Below are positions 10,891 through 25,828 of a stretch of DNA of 64,000 nucleotides, in pieces. The notes beneath the pieces were generated by a model. The model saw only the letters and a list, made by a program, of their open reading frames with translations. It was not told the origin of the DNA and did no database searches. The stretch comes from Candidatus Stammera capleta (GTDB lineage Bacteria > Pseudomonadota > Gammaproteobacteria > Enterobacterales > Enterobacteriaceae), in NCBI GenBank assembly GCA_036689415.1, contig CP144817.1, positions 42,253-106,252 of the forward strand, read 5' to 3'. The stretch's first letter is position 1. The number at the start of each line of letters is the position of its first letter. The position numbers and the translations under genes were made by a program.

Positions 10891-12966
10891 ATGAGAGGTA
10901 TATTATTAATTGAATTAGTTTCTGAAGAATTACCTATTGATAAATTAAAATATATTAGTATAAATTTTAAAAAATATATTGATTATAATTTAAAAAAATA
11001 TAATTTTTTATTTAGTAAAATAAATGTTTTTGTTTCTATTAGAAGAATTTCTTGTTTAATTTATAATATAAATTATAATCAAAGTTTTAAAAGTAAATAT
11101 AAAATTATAAAAGGTCCTATAATTAAAGTTTCTAAAAAAAATATTTTTAATAATAATAAATTAATTAATTGATGTAAAAATATAGGTTTATTTATAAAAA
11201 ATATAAAATATATTAAAAAAAATAATTTTAAATATTTTTTTTTTAAAAAAAAAAATAGAATAAGTAATATTAAAAAATTAATTTTAGTAATATTAAAGAA
11301 TGTTTTTTCAAACTTATTAAAAAATAATAAAAGTATGAGTTGAGGAGATGGTAAATATTATTTTTTTAGACCTATAAATAATATTATTGTTATGTTTAAT
11401 AATAAAGTTTTAAATATTAAAATTTTTGGTATTAAATCTAATAATATATTATTAGGACATAAATTTATTTATAATAATAAAAATATATTTTTAAATAATT
11501 CTAATAATTATATAATTAATTTATTTAAATTTTGTAAAATTATAATAGATTATAAATATAGAAAGAAAAAAATATTAAATATAATTAAAAATATATCTAT
11601 TAAAAAAAATATTATTTTTTTTTATGAAAATATTTATTTAGAAAAAATTATTTCTATGGTAGAATGACCTGTTGGTATTTTATGTAATTTTAATAAAAAA
11701 TTTTTATTTTTACCTAAAGATTTAATAATATTTATTATTAAAAAATATTTTGGTATTATTTCGTTTAAAAAAGAAAATAAATTAACAAATAATTTTATTA
11801 TTATATTAGATATGAAAACTAATAGTTATAATAAAATAATAAAAAGTTATGAAAATATTATTAATTCTGAATTAAATGAAGCTAAATTTTTTTTTTTAAA
11901 AGATAGGAAATTTTATTTAATTAGTTATTTATATAAGTTAAAAAATATCATTTTTCATAGGAAAATTGGTAATTTTTTAAATAAAATAACTAGAATTTTA
12001 TTTTTATCTAAAAAAGTTTTATATTATTTAAATTATTTTAATATTGATATAAATTTTTTAAACCATGTTATATTATTAATAAAATGTGATTTAACTACTT
12101 TTTTATATAAATATTATAGTTCTTTAAAAGGAATAATAGGTATGCATTATTCATTATTAGATGGAGAATCTATAGATACTTCTTTAATAATAAGAGATCA
12201 CTATAATATTAATAGTATTAATGTATATAGTTCAATAGTATTTTTATTAGATAAAATAGATAATTTAGTTGGTATTTTTATATTATACAATTTTATTTTT
12301 TTAAGTAAAAAAAATGATCCTTATGGATTAAGAAAATTATCTTTTCTAATTATAGAAAAGATATTGAATAGTAATTTTTATATTAATATGTATAATATAA
12401 TTAAATATTCTATATTTTTATTTGGTATAAAGAAAATAAAATTAAAAAAAAATATACTTATTATATTAAATTTTATTAATATTAGATTTATAAATTATTT
12501 AAATAAATTAAATTTTTCAAAAAATATAATATATTCTTTTTTAAAAAAAAATAAAAATTATGATTTTTTAGATATTAAAAATCGTATTGATATTATATTA
12601 AAATATATAAATAAAAAAATATTTAGTAAATTTATTATTTTATATAAAAGAATAAATAATTTATTATTTAAATATAATACTTTTAATTTAATTAAATTTG
12701 ATAATAACTTTTTAATCGAAAATGAAGAAATTTTATTATATAAATATATTGTATATTTATATAAAAAAAATGATTTTTTTTATACTAATCATAATTATGA
12801 AAAATTAATTAAATATTTTTTTATATCTATAAAAAAAATAAATAATTTTTTAAATTCTACTAAAATAAATATTAAAAATAAAAATATTAAGTCTAATAGA
12901 ATTTTTTTATTAAAAAAAATAAATTTTTTATTTAAAAAATTTTCTAATTTTAAATATTATTATTAA
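10891..12966 (+). CDS. glyS: Glycyl-tRNA synthetase beta subunit (highly diverged)
   Basis: ORFs 10891-, 11392- and 11812-12966 are in one frame joined through TGA. The N-terminus LLIELVSEELP, then SMSW GDGKYYFFRP and VEW P are GlyS landmarks. It directly follows glyQ and is 691 aa. Confidence 0.82.
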
Positions 12967-14059
12967 TAATAGGTATATTTTTTAAAATTATTGCTCCTCC
13001 TAAGCATATATTTTTTTTATAAAAAACTATTGATTGTCCAGGAGTTATACCAAATATTTTTTTATTAAATAATATTTTGTTTTTATTAATATATATTTTA
13101 CATTTAATATTTTTTTTTTGTTGATGTCTTATTTTTGATTTACAAAATATTTTTTTTTTATTATTATTTTTTTTATTTATAAAATGTATATTTTTAATAT
13201 ATGCTCCTATAGAATATAATAAAATATTTTTTATTCCTTTTACTACTATTAAATTATTATTTTTTATATCTTTTTTATATACATAATAAGGTATATGTTG
13301 ACCTAAATTAATATTTAAATTTTTTCTTTGTCCTATTGTATATAAATGTAATCCTTTATGTATTCCTAATATTTTATTATTTATATTAATTATTTTTCCT
13401 TTGTTATTTTTTATATATTTTTTTATAAAATTAAAATAATTTTTTTTTCCTATAAAACATATTCCAGTTGAATCTTTTTTTTTAGCATTAATTAATTTTA
13501 AATTAATAGCAATTTTTCTTATATTTTTTTTATAATATTTTCCTAATGGAAATATACATTTTTTTATTTTTTTTTGAGTTAAATTATATAAAAAATAACT
13601 TTGATCTTTTTTTTTATCTATACCTTTTATTAAATAATATTCATTTTTTTTTTTTTTTTTTATTATATAATGTCCTGTAGAAATATAGTTTCCTTTTAAA
13701 ATTTTTAAAGCAAATTTTATAAATATTTTAAATTTTATTTCTTTATTACATAATATATCAGGATTTATAGTTTTATTTTTTTTTTGATTTTTTATAAATA
13801 TATTAAATACATATTTTCAATATTCATAAGAAAAATTAACATTATATAATTTTACATTAAATTTTTTACATATTTTTTTACAATCTTTATAATCTTTTAA
13901 ATTGTTACATTTATTATTAATAATATTATTTTCTTCTCAACATTTTATAAAAACACATTTTATATAATATCCTAGTCTTTGTAATATTCATATTGTTACT
14001 GAAGAATCTACTCCTCCTGATAATGCAATTATAACTTTAATTATTTTATATATTTTCAT
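12950..14059 (-). CDS. mnmA: tRNA-specific 2-thiouridylase MnmA
   Basis: The start codon complement is at 14057-14059. The N-terminus reads MKIYKIIKVIIALSGGVDSSVTIW ILQRLGYYIKCVFIKCW EE, containing the SGGVDSS PP-loop. The frame is open with TGA=Trp down to the TAA complement at 12950-12952, giving 369 aa. Confidence 0.88.
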
Positions 14060-15239
14060 ATTTTATATTTTTTAAAAAATTAATTGATTTATTTATTATT
14101 TTATAAATTTTTATTTTTATATTATCTAATATTATCTTTATAATATTATTTCTTTTTATTGTTTTTAATGATAATATTTTATATTTTTTTTTAATTTTAT
14201 TATTTATTTTAATAAATATATTTCCTAATATTTGATTTTTTAATATTGGAGCCTTTAATATATTTGTAAATTTTATTAATAATTTTATTTTTATTTTTTT
14301 TTCTTTTTTATAATTTATATATATATTTTTATTTATTAATATTGGTAGAAATTTTTTTTTACCAAATCATATTTTTTTATTTATTATTTTTTTATTTTTT
14401 TTAATTATTTTTTTAGTTATAAAATTTTTAAATCCTCATCTTAATATTTTTTTTGCATAATAATTTCTATCTTTTATAGATTTTGCCCCTAATATTACTA
14501 CTATTAATCTATTATTATTTTTTTTAGATGAACTTATTAAATTATATTTTGATTTTTCTGTATGACCTGTTTTTATTCCATCTATATATAGATTTTTATT
14601 TCATAATAATAAATTTCTATTTATTTGTTTAATATTATTAAAAGTAAATTTTTTTTTTTTGTATATTTTGTATATTTTTGGAAAATTTTTTATTAATAAA
14701 ATACTTAATTTTGCCATATCATATGCTGTTGTATATTGTTTATTATTATCTAATCCATGTGAATTAACAAAATTTGTATTTTTTAAATTAATTTTTTTTT
14801 TATATTTATTCATTAATTTAACAAAATTCTTTTCATTTCCCGATAAATATTCTGCTATAGCTACACATGCGTCATTTCCAGATTGAATTATCATTCCTTT
14901 ATTTAAATCTGATATTTTAACTTTTTGATTTTTTTTTAAAAACATTAATGAGGATCCTTTAAAATACGGATTTTTTCAATATGAATTTTTTTTTATTTTA
15001 ACTAAATCATTTTTATTTATTATTTTTTTTTTTATAAAATCGGCTAAAATATAACTAGTCATAATTTTATTTAAACTAGCTGGATATAATTTTTTGTTAG
15101 AATTTTTTTCTAATAATATTTTATTAGATTTATAATCTACTAAAATATATGATTTGACATTTATATTTTTTATTGTATTAGCATATAAATTTATACTAAT
15201 TAAATATATTATTAATATTAATATTTTTTTTTTTTTCAT
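14046..15239 (-). CDS. dacA: D-alanyl-D-alanine carboxypeptidase (PBP5/6 family)
   Basis: ORFs 14976-15239 and 14601-14945 share a frame, which continues through TGA to the TAA complement at 14046-14048. There is a signal-like N-terminus. The SxxK (PASLNK), SxN (SGND) and KTG (DGIKTGHT) motifs are all present. Length is 397 aa. Confidence 0.85.
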
Positions 15240-15253
15240 ATTTCATTAAATAT

Positions 15254-16327
15254 TTATTTTTTTAAAGACATAATTATTGCAAACATAGATATTGTTGTTA
15301 TTAAGGATGTACCTCCATAACTTATTAATGGTAATGGTATACCTACTATTGGAAATATTCCAATTACCATTCCTATATTAATAAATATATGTATACAAAA
15401 ATTTATTATTAAATTTGATATTAATAATTTTTTAAATATATCATTATCATTTATACTAATTATTAAAATTCTAGTTATTAATATTATATAAATTGATAAT
15501 ATAATTAATATTCCTATAAATCCATGTTCTTCAGCTATTAAAGTAAATATAAAATCAGTTTTATTTTCTGGAATAAAATTAAATTTTGATTGTGTTCCTA
15601 AAAATATACCTTTACCATATAATCCTCCAGATCCTATTGCAATTTTAGATTGATTTATTTGGTATCCATTATTTAAAATATCATTATTTTTATTTAAAAG
15701 TGTTATTATTCTATCTTTTTGATATTTATATAATAAAAATTTTCATAAGAATGGTATACTTATAAATATCATTATCATAAATAATGATATTATTTTTTTA
15801 TTAATTCCACTTAAATATAAACCTATTATTCCATATAATAATATTAATATAGATGTTCCTAAATCTGGTTGTAAATATATTAAAATACTAGGAATTAAAG
15901 TTATTATTATTATCAATATAATTTTTTTTATATTTTTAATTGGATAATTATTTTCATTTAATATTTTTGCAATTAATATAGGTACTGCTAATTTGGCTAT
16001 TTCTGAAGGTTGAAATTTAATAATTTTTATGTTTATTCATCTTTTTGCTCCATTTATTATATGTCCATAAATAAATACATATATTAATAGTGAATTACAT
16101 ATTATATATATAATATATGCATTATTAATGTAATATTTTTTATTGAGATTAATTATATATAACATTATTATTAAACTAATAATTATATGAAAAATTTTTT
16201 TATATATAATAGTATTATTTTTATTGTTAATATTAGTACTATATAATAGTAATATACTATAAGTTATAATAAATATTATACATAGTATAGTTATTATATC
16301 TATTTTTTTTATATTTTTTTTATTCAT
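15254..16327 (-). CDS. mrdB: Peptidoglycan glycosyltransferase RodA (SEDS family)
   Basis: The N-terminal ORF 16037-16327 extends through TGA codons to the TAA complement at 15254-15256. The product is polytopic and hydrophobic, 357 aa. It lies immediately downstream of mrdA, as in the mrdAB operon. Confidence 0.8.
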
Positions 16328-16330
16328 TAA

Positions 16331-18073
16331 TTATTTTATATTTTTTTTATAAATAAAATCTGTTATTTTTCTCATTATATTTCCTATTTTTAATCCATTA
16401 CCTCCATGTTCTAAAACTATTGTTATTGCAAATTTAGGATTCTTATATGGTAAAAAAGCATTCATTAATATATGATCTTTTAATTTTCTTTTTATATATT
16501 TTTTTTTATAATGATTATTAATTGAATATACTTGAGCTGTTCCTGATTTTACTGCAATTTTATATTTTGTTGTTAAAAAATTTCAAAATGCTGTTCCATT
16601 TTTTTTATGAGCTACTCCATACATACCTTTTTTAATTATTTTGAGATTTTTTTTTTTAATTATTATATTATTTATTTTTTTATTTTTATATTTATTTAAT
16701 AATATATGTGGTTTTATTATATATCCGTTATTAATTAAAATTAATAATGCTTGATGTATCTGTATAGGAGTTGTTATTAAATAACCTTGTCCTATTCCTA
16801 TAGAAATAGTATCTCCTAAATATCATTGAGAATTGTATTTTTTTTTTTTTCATTTTTTACTAGGTAAAAATAATTTTTTTTCATTTGGTAAATCTATATT
16901 AGTTTTATTTCCAAATTTAAATTTTTTTATTCAATTAATTATTTTTTTAATACCTAAATGATAAGATATTTGATAAAAAAATATATCTGAAGATTCTTCT
17001 ATAGATTTAATTATATTTAATTTACCATGTCCTGTTTTTTTTCAATCATAAAATATTTTTTGAGATGTAGGTAATTTTCATCATCCTGGATCAAACATAG
17101 TAAATTTTTTATTTATTATTTTTTCTTCTAATGCTGCTATACCTATATAAGGTTTTATAGTTGATGCTGGTGGATATATTCCTTGTATTACTTTATTAAT
17201 TAAAGGTGAATTTTTATTATTTAAAATTTTTTTGTATTCTTTATTAAATATTTTTCTTGTAAATAAGTTAGGATTAAAACTTGGAATAGAAATTAAAGAT
17301 AGAATTCTTCCATTTTTACAATTTGTTACTATTGCTGATGCATTATTATTTTTTAATAAATTATAAATAAATTTTTGTAATTTTATATCTATTGATAATT
17401 TTATATTTTTACCAGATATAGGTTTTTTAATTTTATATTTATAAATTATTTTACCTTTATTATTTAATATTTTTTTTTTATATCCATATTTTCCATTTAT
17501 TTTTTTTTCATAATATTTCTCTATTCCATCTTTTCCTATAAATTTTTTTTTATTTTTATTTTTTAATCCTATATATCCTATAATATGAGCTAATATATTT
17601 TTATATGGATAATTTCTTCTTATATATTTTTTTAAATTTATATTTTTAATTAAAAATTTATTTATATAAAATTTTATTAAATTATTTTTATTTATTTTAT
17701 ATAATGTTTTTTTATTATTTTTATATTTTATTTTAATTTTTTTTATTATTTTTTTTGATATATTTATTTTTTTTAATATATGTATAATATTTTTAAAATA
17801 TTTTTTTTTATGTGGTATTATATTAATATAATAATATTTTTTATTATTAGCTATTGGTATATTATTTTTATCTATAATAATTCCTCTATTTGGAATAATA
17901 TTAATTATTTTAGTATAATTTTTCTTAGATAAGAAATAATATTTTTTAAAGTTTATTATTTGTAATTTATATATATTATAAATTAAAAATATTTTAATAA
18001 TTATTAAAATAATTATTATATATATTATTCTATAAATAAAAATGTTATTTTTTTTTTTATATATAATTTTCAT
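16331..18073 (-). CDS. mrdA: Penicillin-binding protein 2 (elongasome transpeptidase)
   Basis: ORF 17081-18073 extends through TGA to the TAA complement at 16331-16333. It has an N-terminal membrane anchor, STIKP (SxxK), ESSD (SxN/D position), KSGTAQ (KTG-type) and a C-terminal VLEHGGNG. Length is 580 aa. Confidence 0.85.
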
Positions 18074-18191
18074 TATTTTTTTTTTATAAATAATGTTAAA
18101 TATTTATATTATATTTTATTAATTATAATTAATAAATTATTCAATTTATATATAAATTATTATAAATATTATATATATTAGGAATTTAAAT

Positions 18192-19856
18192 ATGTTTAAA
18201 AATCCTATTAAAACTAAAAGTTGAAAAAAAATATTGAATCATTTTAATTATTTAAAAAATATTAAAATAATTGATTTATTTAAAAAAGATAAAGATAGAT
18301 TTAATAAATTTTCTATAAATTTTAATAATAAAATTTTAATTGATTATTCAAAAAATAAAATTACATTGGAAACAATAAATTTATTTTTAAATTTATTAAA
18401 TGAAATTAATTTTAAAGATTATATTACATCTATTTTTAAAGAAAAAGATATTAATTTTATAAAAAAAAAACCTTTTTTAAATTTTTTATTAAGAGATTTT
18501 GATAATAAATTATTAGGTGATAAGAAATATATATTAGATTATAAAAAGGATATAAATGCTAATTTAAATAAAATTGAATTTTTTACTAATAAGATAATAA
18601 ATGGAGAGTGATTAGGTTATTCTGGTAAAAAAATTAAAAATATAGTTAATATATCAATGGGAAGTTCAGATTTTGGACTTAGAATGATTATAAAATCTTT
18701 ATTAAAATTTAAAATTAATAAAAATCAAAAATTTTATTTTATTTCTGATATAGATTCTTTAGAAATTTCAGAATTAATAAAAAAAATTTCTCCTAAAAAT
18801 ACTCTTTTTATAATTTATTCTAAAAGTTTTAAAAATATAAAGACATTATATAATGCAAATATAGCAAAAAATTGAATTTTAAAATTTTATAATAGTAATA
18901 TATCCTTAAATAATCATTTTATATTAGTATCTAATAATTTTAATGAAACAATAAAATTTGGAGTAAATTTAAATAATATTTTTATTATAGATAATTGATT
19001 AGGAAAATATTATTCTTATTGTTCACCTTTTGGTTTATCTATATCTATTTTTATGGGATTTAAAAATTTTAAAAAATTATTATATGGAGCTCATGATATG
19101 GATATTCACTTTTTTAATTCAAATTATGAAAATAATATACCTATATTATTATCAATAATAAGTATTTGATATAATAATTTTTTTAATTATCCTATAGAAG
19201 GTATTTTAGTTTATAGTAATAAATTATTTTTTTTACCAATTTATTTACAACAATTAATAGTTGAATTTAATAATAAATATATAAATTATATTAATAATTA
19301 TATAAATAAATATTATATATCTTCTATAATTTTAGGTGGTATTAATACAACTTATCAAAATTCTTTTTATAAATTATTATATAAAGAAAATTGTGTTATT
19401 CCTTGTGATTTTATTATAGAAATATGTAATTCTTATAATATAAATAATTCTCATTTATTTTTAATGTCTAATTTTATATCTCAAACTCAATTTTTAGCTT
19501 TTGGTAATAAAATATTTAAGAATAATATTTTTAATAAAAAAAATAATAATAATATTTATGAATTTATTAAATTTAAAGGTAATAAACCTAGTAATTCTAT
19601 TTTAATAAATAATATAGATCCTTATACTATAGGTGCTTTAATTACTTTGTATGAATATAAATTAATTATTCAAAATATTATATTAAATATTTCTAATTCT
19701 AATAAATGAAAATTTGATTTAAATAGAAAATTGTCTAAATTTATTTACTCATATTTAGATAAAAGATATTTAAATAATAATTTAAATAAAAAAAAGATAT
19801 ATTTAGATAGTTCTACTTTAAATTTAATAAATTATTTTAAAAAAAATTTTAATTAA
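18192..19856 (+). CDS. pgi: Glucose-6-phosphate isomerase homologue (diverged at catalytic positions)
   Basis: ATG at 18192. MFKNPIKTKSW KKILNHF...DLFKKDKDRFNKFSINFNNKILIDYSKNKIT is collinear with Pgi. Four standard-code ORF pieces share one frame. TAA at 19854-19856 gives 554 aa. Confidence 0.8.
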
Positions 19857-19871
19857 TTATTGGAGATAATT

Positions 19872-20132
19872 ATGTCTATTAAATTTTATAAAAAAAAAAA
19901 AAATATAAATAAATATAAAAATAAAATTAATAAAAGTAAAAAATCTATGATTAAGACATATATTAAAAAAATTAAATTTTATATTTTAAAAAAAAAAAAA
20001 AATAAAGCTTTATTATTTTATCGTATTTTACAATCTAATTTAGATAAATTATATATAAAAAGAGTAATTCATTTAAATAAATGTTCTAGATATAAATCAA
20101 ATTTATTTAAATTAATTAACAAAATTTATTAA
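19872..20132 (+). CDS. rpsT: 30S ribosomal protein S20
   Basis: SIKFYKKKK, KKSMIKTYIKKI, IHLNKCSRYKSNLFKLINK parallel S20. I prefer ATG 19872, which has GGAG at 19862-19865, to the TTG 19860 in the track. Confidence 0.85.
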   Translation: MSIKFYKKKKNINKYKNKINKSKKSMIKTYIKKIKFYILKKKKNKALLFYRILQSNLDKLYIKRVIHLNKCSRYKSNLFKLINKIY

Positions 20133-20929
20133 TTGTTTTTTTTTATTATATAATTTATTATTTTAGAATATTCTTTTATATTAATTTTGTTTATTCTAAT
20201 ATTAGGATTTATATTTATTTTTTTAAATTCTTTAATATTTATAAATTTTTTTAAATTATTACATATTTTTTTTTTTTTTTTATTAAATATATTATTTAAT
20301 ATGTGTATAGATAAATTTATATTTTTTATATTATATATATTATTATTTGATATTAATTTTATTAATGTTGATGTAATTTTTGGTTTTGGTTTAAAATTAT
20401 AATTTTTAATATTTATTATTTTTTTAATTTTAAATAATAAATTTATTATTATAGTAGTTTTAGAATATTTTTTATTTTTTTTATTTAAAAATAAATTATT
20501 TGCTAGTTCTTTTTGTAATAATATATGTATATCATATATAAAATTATAATTTTTAATTAGTTTATAAATTATTTTATGAGATATATAATATGGAATATTA
20601 CCAATTATTCTAAATTTTTTTTTATATTTTAAAAAATTAAATTTTAATATATCTATGTTTAAAAAAATAATTTTATTATTTTTTTTTTTACATTTTTTAA
20701 TTAAATTATTATCTATATCTATAGCTATAATATTTTTATTATATTTATATAATTCTTTAGTTAGTTTTCCTAAACCACAACCTATCTCTAAAAATGTATC
20801 TTTTTTTTTTGGTTTTATAAAATTTATAATTTTTTTTATAATTTTTTTATTAATTAAAAAATTTTGTCCTATATCTTTATACATATTTTTATTATATAAA
20901 TTTTCTTTTTTCACCTTTTCCAAATACAT
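20129..20929 (-). CDS. rsmA: 16S rRNA (adenine1518/1519-N6)-dimethyltransferase
   Basis: GQNFLINKKII, LEIGCGLGKLT and GNIPYYIS are KsgA/RsmA motifs. The start is uncertain. An internal ATG (complement 20882-20884) would remove the overlap with ileS. Confidence 0.88.
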   Translation of the reverse strand: MYLEKVKKENLYNKNMYKDIGQNFLINKKIIKKIINFIKPKKKDTFLEIGCGLGKLTKELYKYNKNIIAIDIDNNLIKKCKKKNNKIIFLNIDILKFNFLKYKKKFRIIGNIPYYISHKIIYKLIKNYNFIYDIHILLQKELANNLFLNKKNKKYSKTTIIINLLFKIKKIINIKNYNFKPKPKITSTLIKLISNNNIYNIKNINLSIHILNNIFNKKKKKICNNLKKFINIKEFKKININPNIRINKINIKEYSKIINYIIKKNN

Positions 20930-23696
20930 TTTTTATACATCTAATACATATATTATATTTTTTAACATTATATATTTTTTTTACATAGTGTCAACATCTA
21001 TTACATTTAATTCCAATAATTTTTTTGCATTTTATTTTAAAAAATTTTTTATTTTTTTTATTTTTTAATATTTTTATATTAGTTTTTGATGTTATAAAAA
21101 AAAACTTTAATTCTGATTTAATTTTTTTAATTATATTAAAAAATTTTTTTTTTAAATATAATGTTAATTCTATTTCTAATGAAGATTTTATTTTTTTTTT
21201 ATTTTTTTTTTTTTCTAATATTTTATTAAAATTATTTTTAATATATATTAATTTTTTTCATATATTTTCATTTATTTTATTATTTTTATTTAAATAAAAT
21301 AATTTATTAAATCAAGTTTCTTTATATATTGATTTATTTTTTTTGTTTGGTAAATATTTGAATACTTCTTCTGAAGTAAAAGATAATATAGGAGATATTC
21401 ATTTAACTAATGATTCTAAAATCATTCATATAGTTATTTGTAAACTATTATAAGGTTTTGTATTTTTCTTTATTATATATTTTCTATCTTTTATTATATT
21501 TAAATATATTGAACTTAAATATATATTACAAAAATTTATAATTTTTTTTGTTATTTTATAAAATTTAAATTTATTATATAAATATATTATTTTTTTTTGT
21601 AATTTTTTTGTTTTATGTATAATTCATTTATCTATTAAAATTATATTTTTTTTTTTTATTTTATTTTTAATTATATCTTTATTATCTAAATTTGAAATTA
21701 AAAATTTTATTGTGTTCCTAATTTTTCTATACGATTCTACAGTTCTTAAAATAATTTCATTTGATATATTTATATCTTTATAAAATTTTGTTGAAGATAC
21801 TCATAATCTTAATATATCAGAACCAAAAGTTTTTATTATTTCTTTAGGTTTTATATAGTTATTTAAAGATTTTGACATTTTTTCATTATTTTTATTTAAT
21901 ATAAATCCATGTGATATTACTTTTTTATATGGTGCACAATTATTGATTGCTGTGTTTATTATTAAGGAAGACATAAATCATCCTCTGAATTGATCTGATC
22001 CTTCTAAATATATATCACTTATTTTATTTTTTTTAAATTTTGAATTTATTATAGTAAAACATGTTGCTCCTGAATCAAATCAAACATCTAATACATCTTT
22101 TACTTTCTTATATTTTTTATATTTTTTACCTAATAATATTTTTTTATTAATATTATTTCAATAAATAGGACCTGTTTTTTTAATATTTTTTAATATTTTT
22201 TTAATTAAATAATTTGTTTTTGGATGCATTTTTTTTGTTTTTTTATTAATAAATATAGGTATTGGTGTTCCTCATATTCTTTGTCTTGATATACATCAAT
22301 CAGGTCTATTTACAATCATTTTTTTAATTTTTTTATATCCTCATTTGGGTATTCATTTTACTTTTTTAATTGATATTAGTAATTTTTTTTTTAAATTATT
22401 TTTATTTATATTTATAAATCATTGAGATGTAGATTTTAATAATATAGGTTTTTTATGTCTTCAACAATATGGATATTTGTGTATTATATTTTCTTCTAAA
22501 ATTAATTTTTTATTTTTTTTTAATTTATTGATTATTAATTTTTCTGCGTTATTTATATTAGTATTTTCTATATTATTTATATATTTATATTTAATAAATC
22601 TTCCATTTTTTTTTATAACATTTAATCCTTTTATATTATTTTTTTTTGATATTTTATAATCTTCTTGTCCATGTTCAGAAGCAATATGAATTATTCCTGT
22701 TCCAAGATTTTTTTTTATATATAAATCTAATATTATAGGTACTTTTTTTTTTGATATTGGATGATATACATAAAGATTATTAAATATTTTTCCTTTTGAT
22801 GAATATATATTTTTATAATTTATTTTTGTTTTTTTTACTATTTCTTTTATTTTATTATTTAATAATATATATACATTTTTTTTTTTTTTTATAAATGAAT
22901 ATGTGTATTTTGGATTTATAGTAATAGCACAATTTCCAGGTAATGTTCATGGTGTAGTTGTTCATATAATTAATTTAAAATTATAATTTATATATTTTTT
23001 ATAATTAAGATAAGTTCTTTTTAAGAAAGATTTTTTATCATATATATTAAATAATATATATACAGATTTTGATAATTTATTTTTATATTCTATTTCTGCT
23101 TCTGCTAAAGAAGATTTACATTTTGTACATCAATTTGTAGGTATTTTTTTTCTTTCTATATAATTTAATTTTATTAATTTATTTAATACTTTTATTGTAT
23201 TTGATATAGTTTTAAAATCCATAGTTTTATAATAATTATTTCAATCACCTAGTATTCCTAATCTTATGAAATTATTTTTTTGTTTTTTTATTTGTGAATT
23301 AACATATTTGAAACATAATTTTTTAAAATAATTATTATATTTTTTTTTATTTATATTTTTTTTTTTTTTTTTGATTTTTAATTCTATAGGTAATCCATGA
23401 CAATCCCATCCTGGAATATAATTAATATTAAAATTCATAAAAATTTTATATTTTAATATTATATCTTTTAATATTTTATTATAAGCATGTCCTATATGGA
23501 TATTTCCGTTTGCATATGGAGGTCCATCATGGATTATAAATGTTTTTTTTTTTTTATCTTTTATATTTAAATATAAATTGTTTTTTTTTCATTCTTTTAA
23601 TATTATAAGTTCTTTTATATTTAAATTTGCTTTCATAGGAAAATTTAATTTTGGTAAATTTATTATGTTTTTATAATTTATTTTTTTTTTATTCAT
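20892..23696 (-). CDS. ileS: Isoleucyl-tRNA synthetase
   Basis: The start complement is at 23694-23696. The product has [18 protein letters not shown] (HIGH motif) and [10 protein letters not shown]. It has the C-terminal zinc motif KCNRCW (TGA)...CIRC...GKGEKRKFI. The frame was spot-checked open with TGA=Trp, for example [20 protein letters not shown]. The TAA complement at 20892-20894 gives 934 aa. Confidence 0.88.
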
Positions 23697-23811
23697 TTTG
23701 TATTTTTATATTTATTAAAATTATTAAAATAATTTATAAATTATAATTATATATTAAAAATATATAAAATTATATATTTTATATTTTATATAAAATATTT
23801 TATATTTTTAG

Positions 23812-23839
23812 TTGATATTTTAAAGTATGAACATATATT
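23812..23839 (+). promoter_or_regulatory. Candidate promoter upstream of dnaK (TTGATA, 16 nt, TATATT)
   Basis: TTGATA at 23812-17 and TATATT at 23834-39 are about 40 nt upstream of the dnaK ATG. The overlapping gaaCATAT could be a degenerate sigma-32 -10 element. -10-like hexamers are everywhere in this AT-rich DNA, so support is weak. Confidence 0.25.
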
Positions 23840-23855
23840 TCTATATGAAGGTTAA

Positions 23856-25796
<1,941 letters not shown>

Positions 25797-25828
25797 TTTT
25801 AAATATTAGATTTTATAGGTTTTTTAAA

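Noticed and set aside
20892-20929. ileS and rsmA appear to overlap by 38 nt on the same strand.
   Set aside because: The overlap depends on taking the longest rsmA ORF. An internal ATG (complement of 20882-20884, giving MYKDIGQNFL) removes the overlap. That start leaves a short but plausible N-terminus, so the overlap is not established.
23812-23839. A clear sigma-32 promoter might be expected upstream of dnaK.
   Set aside because: The region is kept only as a low-confidence generic promoter candidate. The spacing between TTGATA and the CATAT-like element is about 11-12 nt, shorter than the sigma-32 consensus spacing. The C-rich -10 element is absent.
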